This document shows positions 55,336 through 64,000 of a DNA stretch of 64,000 nt, piece by piece. The notes below the pieces were generated by a model. That model worked only from the letters and a program-made list of their open reading frames with translations, did not search any database and was not told the origin of the DNA. Where the stretch lies: positions 1,056,001 through 1,120,000 of the forward strand of contig OZ245002.1 of the NCBI GenBank assembly GCA_965223415.1, given 5' to 3'. This DNA is from Myxococcota bacterium. Lineage in GTDB: Bacteria > Myxococcota_A > UBA9160 > UBA6930. Every line of letters starts with the position of its first letter. The stretch's first letter is position 1. Position numbers and translations under genes: made by a program.

Positions 55336-56442
55336 ATGCCCGCCTCCGACACGCTTCCGGAAGAGCAGCTCGCGTTGCTGGGCGAGAACAGTCGCCTGCA
55401 ACTCCGTCGCCGCCTGACCTCGGCCACGGCCGCGGCCGCCTGCGCCTTGAGCACCGCGCTGTGGGCGTTCGAGCTCTACAAGGGCCGGCCAGATCCCTTC
55501 GAGCTCTTCGCGCTGCCCGCCCTCGCCGTGGCGAGCGGCGCCCTCGCCCTGCTCCTGCGCACCCGCCTGGCCGCGTCGGCGGAGGTGCTCATGGTGCTCA
55601 TGGGGGCCTGCGCCCTCCTCGAGCGCTTCCACTTCACCCTCCAGGGCGGCGATCCCCTGCTCGAGCGGGTCGTGAACGCCTACGAGATCCTGGCCTGGTT
55701 CCCGACCGTCTACCTGTTCGCCTTCGTGGTGATGCCGAAGCGCCGGGCGGTGGTGTTGAGCTGCGGCCTCCTCTTCGCCAGTGCGGCCCTCCTCGGGACG
55801 GGCGGCGACGGCCCCGCGGCCCGGCTCGCCCGTCTCGACGTGGCCGAGGTCTACCTGGCGAACCTCGCGTGCATCGGCTTCGTCTTCCTGCTCTCCTCGC
55901 TCCGCGAACGTTACGCGGAGACCCACGACGCCGCCGTGGCCCTGCGCCGCTTCGCCGAGACGGACTACCTGACGGGCCTGGCCAACCGCCGCCACCTCTC
56001 CCACGAGCTGGAGCAGGCCATCGCCCACGCGGAGCGCGTCGGCGAGCCACTGTGCGTGATCCTGTTCGACATCGACCGCTTCAAGCGGATCAACGACCGC
56101 TTCGGCCACGAGGCGGGCGATCGCGTCCTGCAGCGCGTCTCCAAGATCGCGGAGGCTTCGCTGCGCGGACGCGATCTGCTGGGGCGCTGGGGGGGCGAGG
56201 AGTTCCTGATCGTCCTGCCCGGCATGGAGACCGAGCCCGCCGTCGGTGTCGCCGAACGGATCCGCCGCGTGCTGGACGCCCAGGCGACCGTCGGTACGCC
56301 CCGGGCCACGGCCAGCTTCGGCGTCAGCCGCCTCCGGGAGGGCGACGACCCGGATTCGCTGGTGCGGCGCGCCGACGAGGCCCTGCTCGACGCCAAGATC
56401 GGGGGCCGGAACCAGGTCCTGACCGTCGAGACCGCGGTCTGA
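55336..56442 (+). CDS. Membrane-bound diguanylate cyclase
   Basis: About 6 TM segments, DYLTGLANRR and RWGGEEF. Confidence 0.9.
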   Translation: MPASDTLPEEQLALLGENSRLQLRRRLTSATAAAACALSTALWAFELYKGRPDPFELFALPALAVASGALALLLRTRLAASAEVLMVLMGACALLERFHFTLQGGDPLLERVVNAYEILAWFPTVYLFAFVVMPKRRAVVLSCGLLFASAALLGTGGDGPAARLARLDVAEVYLANLACIGFVFLLSSLRERYAETHDAAVALRRFAETDYLTGLANRRHLSHELEQAIAHAERVGEPLCVILFDIDRFKRINDRFGHEAGDRVLQRVSKIAEASLRGRDLLGRWGGEEFLIVLPGMETEPAVGVAERIRRVLDAQATVGTPRATASFGVSRLREGDDPDSLVRRADEALLDAKIGGRNQVLTVETAV

Positions 56443-56471
56443 TTGACACCCCCCGAGGGCGTGTCTAGCCT
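56443..56471 (+). promoter_or_regulatory. Sigma70 promoter of tRNA-His
   Basis: TTGACA-N17-TAGCCT. Confidence 0.7.
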
Positions 56472-56483
56472 CGCTCCTCCGGC

Positions 56484-56561
56484 GGTGGGCGTAGCTCAGT
56501 TGGTTAGAGCGCCAGGTTGTGGCCCTGGAGGTCGGGGGTTCGATTCCCCTCGCTCACCCCA
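56484..56561 (+). tRNA. tRNA-His(GTG)
   Basis: G-1, anticodon arm CCAGG-TTGTGGC-CCTGG, GTTCGA and CCA. Confidence 0.95.
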
Positions 56562-56581
56562 CCCCGCCCCTCATCCCGCGC

Positions 56582-56872
56582 CTAGAACACGACGTCGAGC
56601 ACGACGCCCAGGATCCGGAACGGCAACGCGATCACCTGCCCCACCGCTCCGAAGCCGCAGCTGACGATGCCGCCGCAGCCGTGCGAGTCCGGCTTCTCCT
56701 TGCGGGTCTCCCGGCTGACGAGCTCGCAGTCCCGCTCGCCGGTGGCGTCGGCGGGCGCGCACTCGTAGGTCTCGGTGGTCGTCACGGTGCGGGTGGGCGT
56801 GCTGCAGGCCGTCCCGACGAGCAGGCAGGCTGCGAGCAGGGCAAGGGCGATGCGGCGGCTTCGATGGCGCAT
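56582..56872 (-). CDS. Small Cys-containing lipoprotein
   Basis: Signal peptide with TAC lipobox. Confidence 0.55.
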   Translation of the reverse strand: MRHRSRRIALALLAACLLVGTACSTPTRTVTTTETYECAPADATGERDCELVSRETRKEKPDSHGCGGIVSCGFGAVGQVIALPFRILGVVLDVVF

Positions 56873-57090
56873 GTCGGTCCTCCCGGTGGCGTGGCCCGGA
56901 AGAGAGCAACCTGCGTGCCGGCCGGTACGACCCCTGGCGGCCTCACGCCCGCCGGAGCTGCAAGCGCAGCGCTTCACGTGCAGCGTGATGGCTGCAGTCG
57001 CGCCCCAGCCGTGAAACGTTTCCACCCGCTGCCGTGTCCTATCGAGGGGTGGGGGCAGGAAGAGCTGTCACTGTGCCGGTTCCGTGTTGG

Positions 57091-58385
57091 ATGCGCTGTT
57101 TCCTGGCCGTGTCTCTGCTCCTTGCAGTGCCGGTGACCGGGTCGGCCTCGCCCCCGAAGCTTCGACCCGTCTCCCTGGAGCTCTACGACGAGCCCTTTGC
57201 CGTCGGCCCGGACGATCCCCGGCTGAGCGTCACGCAGATGAACCGGGCCGCCATGGGGTTTCCCCTCCACGGGTTCCTGGCGCATCGCTTGTGCCGCGGC
57301 GACGCTTCGCTTCGAGAAGACCTGCTGGCATCGCTGCGCCGCCTCCCGGAGAAGCCCGGGAGCGGGGCCCGGTGGTGGTCTCCGATCGCCTGGCGACAAC
57401 GACGCCCACGTCGCGCTGCTCCAGGCGTGCAGCGACCCCCTGGCGCTCTGCGACTGGCTCCGCCGGGCGATCCCACGGGAGCGTGCGCATCCGGGCCTCC
57501 CGCTCCTCTGGTCGAGACTCGCCTCTTGCGGCGACCCTCCTTCGCTACGCGACCGTGGTCGGCCCCGACGGTCTTCCTTCGGCTCGTGTGGAGCGGATCC
57601 TGCGGGAGCGTCTCACCCGGAGAGACCCGGCGAGCGTCGGCGAGGCGGTCACGGCCCTGGCCGCGCTGGATCGTCCGGAGACGGTCCTCACGCTGGCCGA
57701 GCTCCTGGCGAACCCGCCGGACCCGTCTCACCGCACCACCATCGCCCACGCCCTGATGAGATCCCGCCATTCCATGGGCGTCGAGATCGGTGTCGCTGCG
57801 TGCGGCCGGCTCCTGGCGGACCGGATCGCGGCTTGGCAGAAACGGGGCGCACCGCTGCGCGGAGCCCCGACTCGCTGGGGCGATCCCTGCTCCCTGGGAC
57901 AGAACGAACTGTTCCCCAGATCCGAGTGGCGGGCCCAACGCCCCGAGCGCGGTCCGCGGGGCACACACGACGCGATCTGGCCCAGGGGCCTCGCCACGGC
58001 GCTGCGGAATCTCACGCTCCGGGTCCGGCCTGATCTCGACGCCGCGATCGTCGTCGAGCGGTTCCCGGCGCTGGACGCACTCACCCCGCCCGAAGGACAT
58101 CGTCCCTATCAGCTGTTCGTGAACGGAGATGCCTACGTCGTCCCCATCGCAGGGCCCGGCAGCGAACCGGCACCGGAGGAGATCGCCCGACTCTCGGCCC
58201 GGATCGAGGAGGCGCTCGAGCAGCCGCGCACCCTGGAGGTGTACCTGGACGGGCGCCGCCACTCCCTGGAGTACGTGCCGGGCGAGCCAGTGGATCTCGC
58301 GGGCTTCCTGAACCGCGTGCTGGTCGCCTCCGGGAGCTCCCGACAGCTGCTCCCGGGCGCGGGGCTCCACACCCTTCACCGCTGA
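57091..58385 (+). pseudogene. Secreted hypothetical protein with HEAT-like segment, apparently frameshifted
   Basis: Signal peptide in one frame; plausible coding continues through two other frames near 57390-57545. Confidence 0.4.
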
Positions 58386-58398
58386 CGGCCGCCCCCGC

Positions 58399-59508
58399 TC
58401 AGTCCTGGTCGAGCTCTGGAATCACGTACTTCCCAAGGTGCTCGATCGAGCTCATCACCTGCTCGTGGGTCATGTTGTAGGGGTTCAGGAGGCAGAAGAG
58501 CAGATCGCAGCCGGCCGCTTCGTAGCGCTTGGCGATCTCGATGCAGCGGTCCGGGTCTCCGACCATCGCCGCGCCCACTTCCTTGATGTAGTCCATCGTG
58601 ATCAGGTCGGAGGCGCCGCTCTTCACGACCTCCTTGGACTGCTCGGTGTAGTGGTAGGTGCCGAGGTCCTCCTGGAACTGGCGGGCGTAATCGGCGGTCT
58701 CGCTGATGATCCGGACACCGTGCTTCGGATACCAGACCATCGACTCCTCCGCGTCGGCGCAGGCCTGCTCGGTGGTCGCGGCGCAGTGGGCCATGGTGAA
58801 GGTCACGACGCGTTCGTTGCGCAGCTTGCCCTTCGGCTTCGTGCACTCGGCCTGGCCCTTGCGGTAGGCGGCGATGCGCGGGATCAGGTCCTCCGGCGGC
58901 ACGCCCACGGCGAAGGAGAGCAGCCCCGCGCCCATCTTGCCCACCTCGAAGTGGCCGTCCTCGCTGGTCGTCGCGGACCAGATCGGCGGGTGCGGGTCCT
59001 GCACCGGCTTCGGGTGAACGCGGCGCCTCGGCATCGACCAGTACTTGCCTTCGAACTCCGCCTCGTCCTCGGTCCAGCACTGCACGATGTGGTCGATGGC
59101 CTCGCCTAGCATCTCCCGGGTCTCGTGAGGGTTGATGCCGAAGCCCTCGAGCTCGAGGCGGGTGGCGGACCGGCCGGTGCCGAACTCGACCCGCCCGCCC
59201 GAGAGGTTGTCGAGCATCGCCACGCTCTCGGCGGTGCGCACCGGATGGTTGTAGGGCTTCGGCGTGAGGCGCACGCCGTAGCCGATGCGCAGGGTCGAGG
59301 TGCGTGCGGCGACCGCGCCGTAGAGGATCTCTGGGTTCGAGCAGTGGGAGAACTCGTCGAGGAAGTGGTGCTCCACGGTCCAGAAGGAATGGAAGCCCAT
59401 CTGCTCGGCGAACACGGCCTGGTCCACCGTGTTCTGGATGGCGGCCTGCTCCTTGCCCGGCGTCCAGGGGCGGGGAACGGGGATCTCGTAGAAGACGGCG
59501 AACTTCAT
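58399..59508 (-). CDS. LLM class flavin-dependent oxidoreductase
   Basis: Motifs WTVEHHF and GRVEFGTGRS. Confidence 0.9.
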   Translation of the reverse strand: MKFAVFYEIPVPRPWTPGKEQAAIQNTVDQAVFAEQMGFHSFWTVEHHFLDEFSHCSNPEILYGAVAARTSTLRIGYGVRLTPKPYNHPVRTAESVAMLDNLSGGRVEFGTGRSATRLELEGFGINPHETREMLGEAIDHIVQCWTEDEAEFEGKYWSMPRRRVHPKPVQDPHPPIWSATTSEDGHFEVGKMGAGLLSFAVGVPPEDLIPRIAAYRKGQAECTKPKGKLRNERVVTFTMAHCAATTEQACADAEESMVWYPKHGVRIISETADYARQFQEDLGTYHYTEQSKEVVKSGASDLITMDYIKEVGAAMVGDPDRCIEIAKRYEAAGCDLLFCLLNPYNMTHEQVMSSIEHLGKYVIPELDQD

Positions 59509-60332
59509 TTCGGATCCTCGAACTTCGGCTCACGCTTCTCCATGTTGGACTTCACGGCCTCGATCTGGTTCGAGGAGCCGATCAGGCCCTTCTGGATCTC
59601 GGACTCGAGCTTCAGGCTGTCTCGGACCGAGCCGGACAGGGCCTCGTTCCAGAGGCGCTTGGCGGCGCGCACCGCGTCCGGGCTGCGCACGGCGATCTCG
59701 CGCGCGAGCTGCAAGGCGGCGGCGTGGGGATCGTCTGCCACGTGGGTGGCGATCCGCAGCTCCTTCGCCTCCGTGCCGGACAGCTCCCGTGCGGTGAAGG
59801 TCAGCTCCTTCAGCACGTCCAGCGGGACCACGTTGCGGGCCGTCGCCGTGATGGCGACGTCGGGAATCAGTCCCCAGTGGCTCTCGCGAAGGGAGAGCCG
59901 TGCGTCGGGGGCGACGAAGCGGATGTCGGCGCCCATCGCGAGCTGGAAGCCGGCGCCGAAGGCGACACCGTGCACGGCCGCGATCACGGGCACCGGCACC
60001 TCCTGCCACACCCACGCGCAGCGCTGGGCGAAGTTGGCGGGGCTGTCGGGGGCGCGGTCGAGCAGGCCCGGGCCCTTCTGCTCGGAGCGCGCCCCGCCTC
60101 CCCCGCCGCCGAGGGCAGCCATGCTGGCCATGTCGAGTCCGGCGCTGAACGCCCGCCCCTCGCCGGACAGCACGACGGCCCGGACCCTGCGGTCGTCGGC
60201 GAGCTCGAGACCGGCGTCGATCAACGCCGCGAACATGTCCGGGTCGAGGGCGTTCATCTTGTCGACCCGCACCATACGGACGTCGGCGACACCGTCCTTC
60301 CGTTCGATGCGGACGCGCTCTTCCTTCGACAT
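59505..60332 (-). CDS. Crotonase/enoyl-CoA hydratase
   Basis: Motifs AFSAGLD, GAGFQL and ESHWGLIPD. Confidence 0.9.
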   Translation of the reverse strand: MSKEERVRIERKDGVADVRMVRVDKMNALDPDMFAALIDAGLELADDRRVRAVVLSGEGRAFSAGLDMASMAALGGGGGGARSEQKGPGLLDRAPDSPANFAQRCAWVWQEVPVPVIAAVHGVAFGAGFQLAMGADIRFVAPDARLSLRESHWGLIPDVAITATARNVVPLDVLKELTFTARELSGTEAKELRIATHVADDPHAAALQLAREIAVRSPDAVRAAKRLWNEALSGSVRDSLKLESEIQKGLIGSSNQIEAVKSNMEKREPKFEDPK

Positions 60333-60386
60333 GGGGCAGCTCTCCTGGAAATGACACCGGGCCTGCCAGTATGGCACACTCCCTTC

Positions 60387-61838
60387 GTGCCGGATCCGTC
60401 CCAAGCCCCGCTTCCCGACGGCCTCGTCGTGTTCGTCAAGCGCGAGTGCCCGACCTGCGAGCTGGTCGTCCCGGTGCTGGGCGAGATCGCCGCCCGGGCG
60501 CCGCTCACCGTCTACACCCAGGACGATCCGAGCTTCCCGGAAGGCGCGGGCGCCGTGGACGAGACCGACCTCGCCCGCTCCTGGCACCACGCGATCGAAG
60601 CCGTGCCGACGCTGCTGCGCATCGAGAACGGCAAGGAGACCGCCCGCGCCCTCGGCTGGCATCGGGGAGATTGGGAGGAGCTGGCCGGCCTGTCCGGTCT
60701 CGGCGCGGGGCTGCCGGAGTGGCGGCCCGGCTGCGGTTCCCTCTCCGTCGACCCGACCCGGGAGCCGGAGCTCCGCCTGCGCTTCGAAGGCGGCGTGCTG
60801 CGCGCCCGCCGCGTCGAGCTGGCAGAGCTCGAGGACGAGCAGGAGGCGATGCACGCGCGGGGCTGGACGGACGGCCACCCCGTCGTCCCGCCCACCTGTG
60901 CCCGGGTGATGGCGATGCTGGAGGGAACGACCCGCGCGCCGGACGAGCTCGTCGCCGTCGTGCCTCCGGACCTGGCGGAGGGCACCGTCGAGAAGATCGC
61001 GATCAACGCCGCGATGGCCGGCTGCAAGCCCGAGTACCTGCCGGTCGTCCTCGCCGCGGTCGAGGCCGTGTGCAACGACACCTTCAACCTCCACGGCGTG
61101 CAGGCCACGACCATGGGCTGCACGCCGCTCATGGTCGTGAACGGCCCGATCCGCAAGGCCCTGGGAATGAACTCCGGCGTCGGCGTCTTCTCCCCGGGCA
61201 ATCGGGCCAACGCGACGATCGGCCGCGCCCTCACCCTCGTCGTCCGCAACATCGGCGGCAGCAAGGCCGGCGGCATCGACCGCTCCACCTACGGCCACCC
61301 GGGGAAGATCGGCATGTGCTTCCCGGAGGCGGAGGAAGATTCGCCGTGGGAGCCGTTCTCGGCAGATTTCGGCGTCGCCACGGGCACGAACACCGTGACG
61401 GTCTTCGCCTCCGAGGGCCCGCGGTTGGTCATCGACCAGATGTCCCGCGACCCCGATTCCCTCACGAAGAGCCTGGCCGCCTGTCTGAAGGCGGTGCACC
61501 ACCCGAAGATGGGTGTCGCCCTGTCGGCGCTGCTGGTGATCGGGCCCGAGCACGGGCGGGTGTACCGCGAGGCCGGCTGGAGCAAGCGGCAGGTGAAGGA
61601 CGCCCTCCACGAGGCGCTCCTGCTGCGCGGCGCCGACGTGATGCGCGGCGCCGGCGGCATCGCCGAGGGCCTGCCGCTGCCGGCGGGCGCCGAGGATGCG
61701 ATGATCCCGAAGTTCCGGCCCGGCCACCTGCACGTCGTCTTCGCGGGAAGCGGCGCCGGCCTCTTCTCGACCGTCTTCGGCGGCTGGATCACCGGCGCCG
61801 AGGGCAGCCTTCCCGTCTGTCAGGAGATCCGAACATGA
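60387..61838 (+). CDS. Thioredoxin-fold (CPTC) protein fused to a UGSC-associated domain
   Basis: Motifs KRECPTC, PGCGS, WTDGHPVVPPT and NRANATIGRA; overlaps the next gene (ATGA). Confidence 0.78.
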   Translation: MPDPSQAPLPDGLVVFVKRECPTCELVVPVLGEIAARAPLTVYTQDDPSFPEGAGAVDETDLARSWHHAIEAVPTLLRIENGKETARALGWHRGDWEELAGLSGLGAGLPEWRPGCGSLSVDPTREPELRLRFEGGVLRARRVELAELEDEQEAMHARGWTDGHPVVPPTCARVMAMLEGTTRAPDELVAVVPPDLAEGTVEKIAINAAMAGCKPEYLPVVLAAVEAVCNDTFNLHGVQATTMGCTPLMVVNGPIRKALGMNSGVGVFSPGNRANATIGRALTLVVRNIGGSKAGGIDRSTYGHPGKIGMCFPEAEEDSPWEPFSADFGVATGTNTVTVFASEGPRLVIDQMSRDPDSLTKSLAACLKAVHHPKMGVALSALLVIGPEHGRVYREAGWSKRQVKDALHEALLLRGADVMRGAGGIAEGLPLPAGAEDAMIPKFRPGHLHVVFAGSGAGLFSTVFGGWITGAEGSLPVCQEIRT

Positions 61839-62362
61839 GCGAACCGCGCATCCTGCTGGATCCCACCGACGAGCGCTCGCCCGCGATTCGCGAGCGGGCG
61901 CCGCGTCTCGACGCCCTGGACGGCCGCACGATCGGCCTGCTCGACATCTCGAAGGCGCGTGGAGACGTATTCCTCGACCGTCTGGAGGAGGGGCTGCTGA
62001 AACGCGGCGCGTCGGTGGAGCGCTACAAGAAGCCCACCTTCACCAAGCCCGCTCCCGTCGACCTGCGCCACGAGATCGCGGTGAAGTGCGACGCCGCCGT
62101 CGAGGCGCTCGCCGATTGAGGCAGCTGCACGACGTGCAGTTTGCACGACACCATCGATCTCGAGACCCGCGGCCTGCCGGCGGTCTTCATCGCCACCACC
62201 GAGTTCACCGACGCAGCGGAGGCCCAGGCGAAGGCCCTGGGCGCCGATCCGGTCGGCGTGTTCGTCGCCCACCCGATCCAGGACCGGACCGACGACGAGC
62301 TCCGCGCCCTGGCCGACGAGGCCCTCGAACGCATCGTCACGGGCCTCACCGAAGAGGGCTAG
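61835..62362 (+). CDS. UGSC-family selenoprotein (Sec at TGA 62117-62119)
   Basis: Continuous frame ..EALAD[U]GSCTTCSLHD.. to TAG 62362, with a SECIS-like hairpin downstream of the UGA. Confidence 0.85.
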
Positions 62363-62375
62363 GAGAGGCGAACCC

Positions 62376-63470
62376 CTAGATCCGCGACTCCGCCACGGGC
62401 GGGGCACCGAACACGCCGACCTCGCAGAGGAAGGCCTCGAATGTGTCGGCGGCGAGACGGTGGCCCGCCGCATTCCAGTGCGGGTCGCTCTGGAAGTGGT
62501 GCTGCTCGCGGGGGAAGCCCCGGAAGGTGTCGCCGAGGGGCTGGTGGGGGACGTCGAGCTCTTCCAGCGTCTCCGCGAGGAAGCGCCGCAGGTGCGGGAC
62601 CATGCGCACCGAGCCCACCACGAGCCGCGCGCCGTCGGCCTCCACCTCCGCCTTCAACGCCCCGAGCAGCCGGTAGGTAATCTCCAGGTGCTCGTCGGCC
62701 AGATGCCACTTGGCGCGGCCGGTGCGAGCCGGGACGGCCACCTCTTCCACGGGCTGGAACCAGGGCAGCGCGGCCTCGCTGATCAGGTCCGGAAGCGCCA
62801 CGAGGTGGGGATACAGCGCGACGTTGTTGTAGACCCAGCGCTCGACCTGACGCCTGCGCCGCTTCTGGGGCACGGGCACGTTGCCGAGCTCGAGGCCCTC
62901 GCCGGCCAGCTCGAAGGCGGGCTTGGCGTAGCCGTACCGGCTGGGCTGGTGGTTGTCGAGGAAGTCGTTGGGGTGCAGCAGGAGGAAGACGACGTCGGGT
63001 TGGAACTGGCGCCCCTCCGTCTGGTACCAGAGCAGCTGCTGATCGGTGCCGTAGCCGCTCACCGACGCGTTCAGGATCTCCCAGTCGTCGGCCCGTGCCG
63101 GCTCGCTCTGCTCGAGCAGCTCGACGACGCCCTCGTGCCGCTCGACGCCGAAGCCCCAGCCGAAGGAGTCGCCCAGGAACAGCATGCGCGGCCGAGCGGG
63201 CTCCCGCTCCACCTGGGCGGGCGCATCGCGCATGCCGTGCTCGTTGATGGCGACGCGAACCTGGAAGTCCGCGTGGCGGTGCATCCCCTCCTGGTTGGGC
63301 CGGTGACTCCAGCCGAGCTGCGCGTCGTAGCGCCAGAACCGGCGGTCGCCGGCGGCCGGCGCCCACTCGGGCAGGGCGAACCGCACGACGACCTCGAAGG
63401 CCCCTACGGTGAGCAGGACGGCGAAGAGCGCGAGGGGGACGTTGACCAGCAGCGAGCCGAGGCGATCCAT
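62376..63470 (-). CDS. SGNH/GDSL hydrolase family protein
   Basis: Motifs FLGDSF, NASVSGYG and DPHWN. Confidence 0.85.
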   Translation of the reverse strand: MDRLGSLLVNVPLALFAVLLTVGAFEVVVRFALPEWAPAAGDRRFWRYDAQLGWSHRPNQEGMHRHADFQVRVAINEHGMRDAPAQVEREPARPRMLFLGDSFGWGFGVERHEGVVELLEQSEPARADDWEILNASVSGYGTDQQLLWYQTEGRQFQPDVVFLLLHPNDFLDNHQPSRYGYAKPAFELAGEGLELGNVPVPQKRRRRQVERWVYNNVALYPHLVALPDLISEAALPWFQPVEEVAVPARTGRAKWHLADEHLEITYRLLGALKAEVEADGARLVVGSVRMVPHLRRFLAETLEELDVPHQPLGDTFRGFPREQHHFQSDPHWNAAGHRLAADTFEAFLCEVGVFGAPPVAESRI

Positions 63471-63532
63471 GGCGGCAAGCTAGCGGGACGCGCCTGAGGG
63501 CCGGATGAAGCGACCGGGCCGATTCCGGGGGT

Positions 63533-64000
63533 TTATCCCCTCGGCGTGATACGATACCGGAGCGGCAGGTGCTTGAGGCCGACCACGAAGCTCGAGCGGA
63601 TCCACTCGGGCTCGCCGGCCAGCTCCACGTGCTCGAGGCGCGACGTCAGCTCGCGGAAGAGCGCCCGGGCCGAGCGGCGCGCCAGGTTCGCCCCGAGGCA
63701 GAAGTGCTCGCCGATGCCGAAGCCCAGGTGCGGGTTCGGGTGCCGGTCGATGCGGAACGAGAACGGCTCGTCGAACACGGCCGCGTCCCGGTTGGCGGAG
63801 GCGTAGAAGAGCACCAGCCGGTCGCCCTTCCGAATCTGCTTGTCCCCCAGGCGGACGTCACGGGCGGCGGTGCGCTTCATGTAGTTCACCGGTGTGGTCC
63901 AGCGCACGATCTCCTCGAAGAGGGGATTCACCAGCTCCGGGTTCACCCGCACCTTCTCGAGCTCGTGCGGGTTCTCGACCAGCGCTCGCATCCCTCCGGC
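63533..64000 (-). CDS. Cytochrome P450, C-terminal part (runs off the right edge)
   Basis: Motifs EEIVRW, SANRD and FGIGEHFCLG. Confidence 0.92.
   Translation of the reverse strand, partial: AGGMRALVENPHELEKVRVNPELVNPLFEEIVRWTTPVNYMKRTAARDVRLGDKQIRKGDRLVLFYASANRDAAVFDEPFSFRIDRHPNPHLGFGIGEHFCLGANLARRSARALFRELTSRLEHVELAGEPEWIRSSFVVGLKHLPLRYRITPRG

Overview
High-GC bacterial window; the gene content (exosortase, F420/LLM oxidoreductases, P450, CoA transferases, GGDEF proteins) suggests a Myxococcota/Binatota-like organism, which is inference only. It has three zones. (1) 1-9 kb and 35-64 kb are ordinary high-GC genes. These include an exosortase/EpsI pair, an sphBCD-like Tat-exported operon, an ArsR/persulfide dioxygenase/YeiH sulfur module, tRNA-His and an unannotated UGSC-type selenoprotein (in-frame UGA followed by a SECIS-like hairpin). 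(2) 9-22.4 kb is an accessory zone of small regulator-plus-enzyme modules separated by many gene remnants and one intact IS21 element. (3) 22.4-34.9 kb is a less GC-rich, defence-type island at the 3' end of tRNA-Arg(TCT). It carries an HTH plus ImmA/IrrE-like metallopeptidase pair, a bacterial ubiquitin-like operon (Ubl ending in Ser, E2-like/ThiF E1 fusion, DUF6527-like Zn protein), a dual-OB plus 2x DUF488 operon, and an RNase H-like plus Ser/Thr kinase pair. The DUF6527-like gene was split by an IS21 insertion (5-bp duplication TCTTT), and its halves now lie 8 kb apart on opposite strands because the 5.9-kb segment between two apparently identical inverted IS21 copies is flipped. All family names come from motif recognition by eye, not from database searches.
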